From the NCBI GenBank assembly GCA_951406725.2, contig OX597815.1, positions 44,082,001 through 44,146,000 of the forward strand: a DNA stretch of 64,000 nucleotides. Direction: 5' to 3'. Below, one piece after another: positions 50,489 through 64,000 of this stretch. The notes beneath the pieces are model-generated. The model was not told where the DNA came from. It saw nothing but the letters and a program-made list of their open reading frames with translations, and ran no database searches. Positions within the stretch are counted from its first letter, which is position 1. Each line of letters begins with the position of its first letter. This stretch comes from Octopus vulgaris (taxonomy: Eukaryota). The position numbers and the translations under genes are program-made.

Positions 50489-50920
50489 TCTATTATATAA
50501 AATCCGTTCTGTCTGTATGACTGTCTTCTAGGATCTCGGGCATCCCCCATCCGGTTGCGCTCAAATTTGATATGTAGATACCGACGGTATCAGAGCGTGT
50601 ATAAGTCTTGAAAAAATTACAAAAATCGATTCCAGGTGAGAATGCGATCGATAAAACCGTTTTTGTCCTGCTTTTCTTCCGTCAACATGTACATAACTGC
50701 ACCTTCCATTTTTTGTGGTTTTTGTACTGCTGAAAGGCACGTTTCTTTCCTGCCAAGCTTACTGTTTAAACCATGTTCGTGTTCTCCCAGTCAACAGCCT
50801 TATCATTACTGGTACTTTAAACGCTTTGGTTGCATATTTGTGTGAATAAAATCGTTTTCTTTGGATTAGAGAAAAAGTCTATCTTTATTTCTTCTTTTGC
50901 TGGAGTCTCAAATTTAGGTT
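50489..50920 (+). mobile_element. Helitron-like element, 5' portion
   Basis: a|TCtattatataaaatccgttctgtctgt start resembles non-autonomous Helitron 5' ends. Confidence 0.4.
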
Positions 50921-50949
50921 AGATCAGTGTTTCTCAAAGGGGAGGCCTA

Positions 50950-51690
50950 TGGGATCATATCGCACGCCTTACAATAATCAACCCATGACATGGCTAAGTT
51001 AGTTTTCCTCCTCTTGCAGTCTCTAAGTACAGTCTTGTCTACCAGGAGCTGATCCTTAGTACCTCTGCAATTACGCTTGCAATCCTTCTGCTCATGTGGC
51101 AGGATTTCATTTTTTTTTTTCCAGATGTCTGTACATTGACTCTGCGATTATTCCAGTCAATAATTTCCACATAAGTGGCAAGCAGGATATCGGTCCGTAA
51201 TTGTCTATCGTATTGCCTTTTTCGATGTTTTTCAAGCACAGCACTGTTCTACCCATTGTCAACCAGTCTGGTGTTACTTGGTCGGCATCTAACAAGGTGT
51301 TGAGTTGTGTACCTATTCGTGCATGACATTCACCAAATCTTTGGACCAGAACTCCATCTGGAACCGGGGATTTCCAGTGGCCACATTTTTTGCTGATTTC
51401 CTTCACTTCCCTAACTGAAATGGCTAGTTCTGCCTGTTTTGGACAGACTACTGCTTGTTTCAGTTATTACAACAATTCAGTAACCTTCTTGTGCTCCTTG
51501 TCTTTGCTCCAGATATCACGCCAAAATCTTTAACTTTCAATGTTATCTGGTATCAACTTTTCATCTGTACACTCTCCATTCATTTCTTTGTAGAATCTCT
51601 TCTGATCAACTCTAAATAACCTATTCTGCTGGCATCCCTTCATTCTTTGGTTGTATATTACCAGCTTTGCTTTCTTTGCAACGAGGCACC
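50950..51690 (-). mobile_element. R4/Dong-like LINE fragment I
   Basis: QNRLF..DQKRFY, FWRDIW, HWKSPVPDGV, PDWLTMGRTVL, NYGPISCLPLMWKLLT, DQLLVDK, MSWVDY..AYD. Confidence 0.85.
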
Positions 51691-51696
51691 TCGTTG

Positions 51697-55311
<3,615 letters not shown>

Positions 55312-55346
55312 ATTATTATTACTATTATTATTATTATTATTATTAC

Positions 55347-55404
<58 letters not shown>
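55312..55404. repeat. (TAA)n array between LINEs II and III
   Basis: Directly visible. Confidence 0.95.
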
Positions 55405-58294
55405 GTGTTTTTTCCTTCTTTCTTCAAATTTTCTTCCGTTTCTCGCCGAGTGTTTTCCATACACTTAGGGCAGAGAAGGGCATTGTATGCATTCCCAGAT
55501 TACACGCGCAAATTCACAGATAAAATATGTATTTAAAAATTAATAAATAAATAAATTCAATGATGGATGTTATTTTCACAGCAATAGTGCTCTTCTCAGT
55601 ACATGAGCCGTTCCAGTTAATACGATTTTTTGCACTTCCTGTAGGGATGGTAAGCCTGGAATCATTTTCAAATAGGTTTCAGTACCTTTTTTTATCATTC
55701 CTAGAGACCCTACAATCACTGGTACTGTAGTCGCCTTAAGATGCCACATTTTTTCAATTTCCATTAGCAGGTCTCTATATTTACTAATCTTGTCAAATTC
55801 TTTCGCCGCTATATTGTGATCACAGGGAATACTCATGTCTATTAATAAACACATCCTTTTTGTCTGATATTTTATGATAATATCCGGTTTATTGGCTTTT
55901 ATAGTCCTATCGGTCTGCACGGGGAACTCCCATAGAATCGACACATTTTCTCCCTCAGTCACAGCTTCAGGAAGATGTTTATACCATTTGTCAGCGGTTT
56001 TGATTTTATAATGCCGACATATTGTCCAATGTAAATACTGGCCGACTCTGTCATGTCTTGCTTTATATTCTGCGCGTGCTAAGACTCTACACCCTGAGAT
56101 TAGGTGGTCTATTGTTTCAATCTCATCGTTACAGAATCGGCATTTTGGGTCAGCTCCATTTTTCATCACATTGGCTTGGTAGTTCCGGGTTAATAAGCTT
56201 TGGTCTTGAGCAGCTAATATGAAACCTTCACTCTCTGCTTTTAGCCCTGCACTTCGTAACCATTGGTGCGTGTGTTTCTGGTCGACATCATCTTGTTTGC
56301 TACGGGCCACATACTTGCCATGGAGAGGTTTCTGTTCCTATCTGCTAGCTAAATTTTCATGAGCTTTTGTCTTTGCAATTAATTTTATTTTCTTTGCAGC
56401 TGCAGTTGGCGCATTTCCTACAGCCTGCTCAATCTGGTGGGTATCTAAGAGATCAGCAGCGAATTTTTTGCTCTCTTTGAGAATAGAGTGAAGTTTTATA
56501 GGTCTTTCATGTTTTTCAACATGTTTTAGCATCCAATCGTTGGTTGCTTCAAGGTATTTGGCCACTCCGATTGTGGTGGTTTTGTATGTAAGTTCAAGCT
56601 GGATCAAACCTCGACCTCCCTGAGCTCTGGGGAGGTAAAGGCGATCCACGTCTGCCTTTGGATGGTGCATCTTATTACAAGTCAGTAGCTTGCGGATTTT
56701 TCTGTCAATTTTCACTAGTATTCCAGTTGAGCACATTAAAGCTATAAAGAACAACTGGTACTGCTAAGGAATTTATGGCTAAAACCTTATTATATGCATT
56801 CAGCTCAGACTTCAGGACTGCTCGAACTCTTCTATAACATTCTTTCCTAACCTTCTCTTTCATGCTTGAATGCTGGATACCAAAGCCTTCATTTATTCCT
56901 AGGTATTTATTGGTTTGTTCCTGCTCAAGTTCCTTTATTATTATTTCGACATCTAATTCGATTGAACTAGACTTTACCAATTTCCTTTCTTAAAAGTGGC
57001 TTTGGCACACTTTTCAAGGCCAAACTCCATCCCGGTATCATCACTGAATCCTTTCACAGTATGTAATAATCCTTCAAGCTCTTCATCATTTTTGCCATAT
57101 AGCTTTAAGTCATCCATATAAAATAAATGGCTTATTTTCTTGTTGTCAATTTTGTAGCCATATCCTGTTCTATTCAGTTCACTTGAGAGTGATATTAGTG
57201 CTATGCAGAATATAGTGGTGAAAGTGAGTCACCTTGGAAAATTCCTCAGTTTATGCTAATGTTGTTTGAGTGCAATACTCCATTAGATTGAGATAATTGG
57301 AGTTTCGTGTTCCATAGTGACATATTATACTTTAAAAAATCTGAAATCACAGGAGAAATTTTGAAAATGTCCAGCGATTTCAGAATCCACGAATGTGGTA
57401 TGCTGTCAAAGGTTTTTTTATAATCAATCCATGAAGAGCTGAGATTTCTGCGCTTGTTATGGCAGTTCTCAGGGATCATACGATTAATTAGGAGCTGATC
57501 TTTGCATCCGTATGAGCCTCGTCTGCATCCTTTTTGTTCAGTGGGAAAGAGGTTATTCCCTTCCATAAACGTATATGTTTTCTCTACTAGAATAGATGTC
57601 AAGATCTTATAGGTAGTAGATAACATGTTATAGGCCGGTAGTTTTTTGGGACTTTCGTTTTGTTATTTTTGGGGAGGAGGTAAGTAATACCATTTGCCAT
57701 CCAATGTGATGTTTTTTCCGGGTCTTTCATAATACTATTAAATAGTATTACTAACATTTTGTGTGCGGACGAGAGTGATGAGAGCCAGAAATTTGGTACT
57801 CTATCAATACCAGGGGATTTCCACTTATGAGCCTTTGTTAGAGCGCTCTCCTTAGGTCGGCGATTGAGATGTTTTCCCATACCTGTTCTTGCAGATTTTT
57901 GTAGTCATCTTGGGTGCGTTTGATCCACTCTGCATTTTCATTGTATGGTTTCTCATACTCCAGATCCCCTTCCAAAAGTTTTCAACTTCTTCCATTAGGG
58001 GTGGATTTTCAATGGTTATTTTTTCTTTCCTTATTTCCCTGTAAAATGATTTGGCATTGGATTTGAACATCTTATTTTGTTTGTAGAATTTGATTCTTTT
58101 CTCAAATCTGCGTATTCTCTGAGCTTTTCCTTGAACTTTTTGTTTAAGTGTTTCTTTCACTGACATTAGTTCTTCTCTTGTTGAATGTCCATATTTTCTC
58201 ACAATCTTCCTGCCTTTTCTTGATCTTACATCATTTCCAGAGATTAGCTCAGTTAATATTGATATCATTCGCAATGATTCAATTTCAGTTTCAA
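55405..58294 (-). mobile_element. R4/Dong-like LINE III, 5'-truncated
   Basis: FWKGIW, WKSPGID, NYRPITC, EQKGCRRGSYGCKDQL, YMDD, CRFC..ETIDHLISGC, RHD, KPDII, LIDMSIP, QKIVLTGTAHVLRR* (55576). Confidence 0.92.
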
Positions 58295-58318
58295 TTCTTC
58301 TTCTTCTTCTTCTTCTTC

Positions 58319-58395
<77 letters not shown>

Positions 58396-58465
58396 ATTAT
58401 TATTATTATTATTATTATTATGATTATTATTATTATTATTATTATTGTTATTATTATCATTATTA

Positions 58466-58523
<58 letters not shown>

Positions 58524-58610
58524 CTTTTTTTTTCTTCTTCTTTCAAATTTGCTTCCATTTCTTGCCGAGTGTCTTCCCGACTCCTCCTAGAGCAAATAAA
58601 CTCATAGTTC
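58524..58610 (-). mobile_element. 3'-UTR-only stub of an R4/Dong-like LINE (IV)
   Basis: ttcttctttcaaatttgcttccatttcttgccgagtgtcttcc resembles the LINE III 3' UTR ttctttcttcaaattttcttccgtttctcgccgagtgttttcc. Abuts the (TAA)n array 58321-58523. Confidence 0.7.
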
Positions 58611-58663
58611 GTTAATTTTTTTTCTTTTTAAGTTAAATTAAAATACATGGGTAGTAATAGTTC

Positions 58664-58711
<48 letters not shown>

Positions 58712-58731
58712 GTTATTATTATTATTATTAT

Positions 58732-58829
<98 letters not shown>

Positions 58830-59572
58830 TTGTAATTTCTTGGATACTTCAATTCTCATTAAGTTTGTTTGATATAGGGCGACTGCAATGTGCAACAATA
58901 TTCAAACAAACGCAAAGAATAGATAAATGATGATTTCAGGGAAGTGGTAATTTTTTTTTGAACCCAAGAACGCATACTGCGAGCCATGTCGACTTTATTG
59001 CTCATGTATTCACTTCAGCTTACATAATATTTGATTCTACGAACGAAGAACATATGGCTGTTTAAGTACAATCTTCACTCCAAAATGGTTAAGCTCAATG
59101 CTTTGTGTATGTGCGTGCGCGCCAGTATGTCTGTGTATATATAGTTCAATTAAAGGTTAAAGACCTCATTAAGGGATAATAAAACGCAATGAATATACTG
59201 GTTTATTATCTATTACAAAAAATATTGAATATTACATTTAATATTCAACAGCAAGGTAATTGGATACATGTATTTTTGAAAAGATAAGAAAACAGAGATA
59301 ATTAAATTAATAATAATTAATTATTAATTACGAAATTGTACATCATCTCTGACAGATGTTTCGATTTAAGATTCTAGAAATTATTTAGTATAATTAAAAA
59401 CATTTTAAAATTGAATCTCATCGGAGGCGGAAAAAGATATACCCTTACATTTTCATACTGTGTGTTGAGTGTAGGGAGCAAATCCACTCACTAACAAATG
59501 TTTTGTAGAAAGAACACATATACAGACTCGCACAGTGTGTGTATATGTATGTATACACACACACACACACAT

Positions 59573-59607
<35 letters not shown>

Positions 59608-59639
59608 ATATATATGTGTGTATATATAAGACATGTAAG

Positions 59640-60860
59640 TACAGGAAGAAAAAAACCTTTGACAAATAATGTATTAACTTAACGCTGTCGCCTAAGGAAA
59701 AAGTGTGTTAATGTTTCGGATGTTAGTTCTTCATCAAAAGAAAGGAGAAAAACGTTGGAGGAGAAAAATGTATGAACTCTCCGAAAAGAAGGAAAGTTAG
59801 TGAAATTGGTAAAAATTACACAACAAATGGGAAAGGCTTGGCAATTTTGATAGAGTAAATCTATAGATGGTAAGAAGATGGTAAAATCCACATAGAAGAA
59901 ATAACTGTGATCAAAATGTTATTAAGATCAGCAGAGACGATATAAGATGAGGAACAGTCGAACAGCCAGATGTAACGTGCTTCCGTTTTCTCTGAAGGTG
60001 AGTAGTGGAGGATCCGCTGTTGGAGTCCAAGCCGAAAATCGTGAAGTAAGAGGATTTGAAGTGTCGAAAAGTAAGTGACGTACTCTATGAACCTGTCTCT
60101 AACGTAGACGGGGCAGTGGTTGAGTACGACGAGCGTAGTGAGTGGTACTGGAACGAAAGGATTTGTGTATTGATGGGGACAGGATCAGAAAAGGGATCCA
60201 GGTGGATGACGTGTCTGTGGAACGCGAAGCTGTTAACAAGGCAGCTTCACGAAATACAAGAAACATTAAAGAAAGGAATGGTTGGTAGGGAAAAGAAAAG
60301 CGATGTGATGGAACAGATTGGAGACAGCGGAAGAAGTGCGAGATGGTAAGTTGTAGGGGTGGGTAGTGGGATAGTAAGAGATGGAAAGGGAGCTTGGTGG
60401 ATTGGGTTCCAAACACAGGATCAACGTCACAGGCAGGAAAAAGGGCAGCTTGGATAAAGATGGGTGGGTTACTACGTCAAATGAATCGACTGACTACTTG
60501 ATGATTTCGGGATCTCAATTTATGACTGCAGTTACAGAGACGGCGGAGACGAAGGAAATGGGAAAAGAAGACGATATACTTGGTGTAGATGTGTTAGGAG
60601 GAGCCAAATAAAGGTTGGTGTGGAAGTCACTGCGTTTGTTGAAAACAAAAGTAGAGACGGTGAACGTTAAATGGTCGAGAGAGACAGAAATTTTAAGGAA
60701 GTTTAAGTTACTGCATATGGAGGAGTTGAAATTGAGAGAAGGGTGGAAGGAGCTAACATGGAAAATGAAAGAGTTTAGCTCCTCACAGCAGAGAGAGGAG
60801 GGGACGCAAATAAAGTCTTAAATGCAACGTATAACACTGGGATGGAAGCAGTGACCTGGA
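59640..60860 (-). mobile_element. Penelope-like element relic (RT C-terminus to terminal repeat)
   Basis: EELNSFIFHVSSFHPSLNF..LNFLK..VFNKRSDFH resembles PLE RT. Terminal motif ttgatgaag...ccgaaacattaa at about 59715-59745. Confidence 0.6.
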
Positions 60861-61019
60861 AAAAGATTGGGACACAATGTAGTAATCGAATAAGTTAGCT
60901 TAGTAGGGGTCCATTATCGTTCCCATGTTCACCCCAATGACTTGTTCATAGAATCTGCTAACGAAACAGGAACAATTTTAGATGAAAACAACTTCTATAT
61001 CATTGTATCTACCACTTTA

Positions 61020-61440
61020 TAGGATGTTGTTATACATCACTGGTCACAATGCGCTTTCACTTCTTTCTTGAGTGTGCTATTCTTTTCCATGTTGACCTCA
61101 ATTGTTTCATTAACTCGTCTTTCCATTGTCGTAGTGGCTTCCGAGTAGCCTGTTGTCTGTGAACCTTGCGACATACCTGGAACAACGGAACCTGTGCTTA
61201 CTTATGCTTTCGGTAGTCTGCGATCATGTCGCTCACTCCTCCCAGTTCTCGATTTACCTCATTTAAGATATCCTCTCGCAACGATATTGCTAGCATGGAT
61301 CATTCCATGGCATTTTTGCGTCGTAGCCAACCGATGTTCTTATCTCCTCGAAGTAACCCACGTCGGACCTCGCCAATCTCCCCACAAATTTGCACATTCC
61401 CAACTATAAAGCGCTCATAAACATTCATCATTTCCTTATT
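61020..61440 (-). mobile_element. RTE-clade LINE 3' end relic
   Basis: KNAME*SMLAISLREDILNEV...KPLRQWKDEL..TWKRIAHSR matches the RTE C-terminus. Confidence 0.7.
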
Positions 61441-62018
61441 TTCAAATGGTACATGTAAAAAAACAGAACAGCAAAACAATTAAACTCCTTTTATATCCTA
61501 AACAATCCACAACAATTCAATAACTAGTCAAGCACACTACAACAAAAACGCTAACCCAGACATCACATTTTCTCTATCTTTCTACAAGAAATAAGCAAAC
61601 TATTTGCCAACTTCAAGCAGATCACTACAACATGCTTGCTCACCAATTTAAAATGCAAATGCACTTTTATAAGCGACACAATAGAAAGAGCTTCACGACG
61701 AAAAGTATCAAGGATTTCATAATTCAACAACACCAAAGTCAGTAACATACACTGCAACGCTAAAATAATACTTAACAAAACAATTACCGACGCCCCGTAA
61801 TATGCATCCAAAAGAAGCTTACCACAAGGCAACATAAAATAATACAACCCCATTACACACCAAAAATTACCAACGTCATAAAAAAACAAAGACAGCCACA
61901 AATATATTACACAAAAACCACACCCAACCGGAACGAAACTCAGCATCAAACATCTAAACAAGGGAATAATATATGTATGTATATATATGTGTGTATGTGT
62001 GTGTGTGCATACATATAC

Positions 62019-62050
<32 letters not shown>

Positions 62051-62927
62051 ATATATAAATACGTGTGTGTGTGTGTGTGTAAAATAGAAAATTAGCAAAC
62101 ATTTGTATCCAACATAAGCCACAAAAGATTAAAACACTATATATAATATATTAGTAGTGTAATCGTCAACAGTAACACCACACCCCGTGTCATAATAATA
62201 ACGTCAAAAAGTACGTTCACACTGCAACTGCAAGCAAACGCCCTTATCAGATATTTCCTAATAATCAGTCACAAAGAAAACGGAAACATAAAACGAAAAG
62301 TATGCCTCTTTTTTCATGGCTGCGATTTTAACCCCTTCATTTCATTAGGGATCTGCAAAGCTATAAAGAAACCTTGAATAGCTAAAAGTGTCAATCCCTG
62401 GCAAAATCAGAGAAAAATATGCGAAATCCTTATAAAGAATGAAGGAATCACGGCACCCACCAAAATTTACAACTACTCAGGAGTTGAGTGAGCTTATGAC
62501 AACTCAAAGCCCCACAAATACTCAAGTGAAGTGAGGTCACCCTCCTGTGCACAGAAATTCGACAAAAATAAATCCTTCAGATACGCCAACTCAACAACAA
62601 TTCCCTACTTGAATCGGCCATGATACCGCAAAACCTGACTTGCAAATGACTTAACAGATCCTATCAGTTATTAAGTTAGACATGGCTTGGGCCAATCTAT
62701 GGCCGAAACATATTCAAGCTATCTAAGTTATTATTATAAACTCACCTATCCGAACAATAGTACAGATTCAGATCACTACACTCAGCCACCACACAAACAT
62801 TGACAGAGAAAATACAAGATGGTTTCAACAACAGACAACCTTCCACACATATTCACAACAGTCTTAGGAGATTCAGTAAAAAGAAAGCGAAACGACGCCA
62901 GAATATATTTGGAGCATTCACAGATAC

Positions 62928-63158
62928 CTATTTCTTTATTACCCACAAGGGGCTAAACACAGAGGGGACAAACAAGGACAGACATAGGTATTAAGTCGAT
63001 TACATCGACCCCAGTGCGTAACTGGTACTTAATTTATCGACCCCGAAAGGATGAAAGGCAAAGTCGACCTCGGCGGAATTTGAACTCACAACGTAACAGC
63101 AGACGAAATACTGCTAAGCATTTCGCCCGGCGTGCTAACGTTTCTGCCAGCTCGCCGC
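62928..63158 (-). mobile_element. SINE family B (young, full length)
   Basis: Near-identical to 30471-30702. Confidence 0.9.
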
Positions 63159-64000
63159 TTTTGGCTGGCCACAAGACTGGAACAACAATAGTGCATAAAC
63201 AATACCTAAGATTCACAATGGATTGTGGTAGTTTTATCTTCAGCTTCAATCTCTCCACAACGAACCGCAATAAAATTTTAAATACACAAGAGAGCGCAAA
63301 ACTATACATCAGACGATAACATATCCTAGACTTTTTTTATACAACGAAACAAAAATATAAAAATGAAAGACAACCCGGACATGCGAGAGACGTAGCTTCC
63401 AAACGTGGCAAACTTCAACGTCCCAGATTTCTGCTATAGGAACATACTAAAAACACTATCTGTCCGATTTAACCGAGATAAACATAAAAAGCAGAAATAG
63501 CTACATCAATATCTTCAATGCTCCCAAAAACCTGTTGGGTTGTGCAGCACCAACAATAAGTATAACAGTCGCGCTCTCACCGAGACTACCTTACTGCTTC
63601 CTCTATAACGACCACCACAATCTATGAGCGCTTATTATTAGATTAGACGATGTGGAGGTTATATTATGTTCAACTAACAGGCTGCATTGTGTATAATTCA
63701 CTACTACATGTATGGTCCTTAGCTTGTCGGAAACAAGACATAACTCAGCAGCTTTATCTCTGGACGGTCTTATGTCATTTGGCCGACTTTCAGTGTACAA
63801 CATGACTACTCTATCCAGGCAGACTTGGGACTTCCCAACCACAACAGTACCATCAACTAAAGGAGTCTTTAAGTGGTTGCTTGACCTTACTAGAAATGAC
63901 TCTCTCTTACATCATGCCCTCTAGGTTGAAAAGCGGGAAATGCTTGAGTAAAGGACGAGATGGCAATAACTACAATGCTTTTGATTACAGGTTTATTCAG

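Noticed and set aside
62200-63950. Possible further PLE/LINE relic on the plus strand
   Set aside because: A-rich with only faint motif remnants; too degenerate to call without alignment.

Overview
This is AT-rich eukaryotic non-genic DNA saturated with microsatellites, most likely from an octopod cephalopod (inferred from the tRNA-derived SINE families and simple-repeat load). I find no convincing host protein-coding gene; almost all listed ORFs are (CA)n/(TA)n/(TATG)n/(TAA)n artefacts or transposon relics. The window holds about 40 SINE copies in at least 4 families, two full-length but dead mariner elements plus deleted derivatives and MITEs, and a same-strand stack of R4/Dong-like (RT + REL endonuclease) LINEs separated by (TAA)n arrays at 50.9-58.8 kb. 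It also holds RTE, L1/Tx1 and CR1-like relics, Helitron-like ends, and several Penelope-like (PLE) fragments. The most striking signal is a set of hammerhead-ribozyme-like motifs whose three strands are in a non-circularly permuted (pseudoknotted) order. They occur in sequence-unrelated repeats at about 1.7, 19.1, 19.9 and 43.7 kb, with a truncated copy at 11.9 kb, and stems I and III covary between families. One pair brackets an 837-nt non-coding unit resembling a retrozyme. Coordinates were counted by eye, so edges of degenerate repeats are approximate. No alignments, folding or database searches were run.
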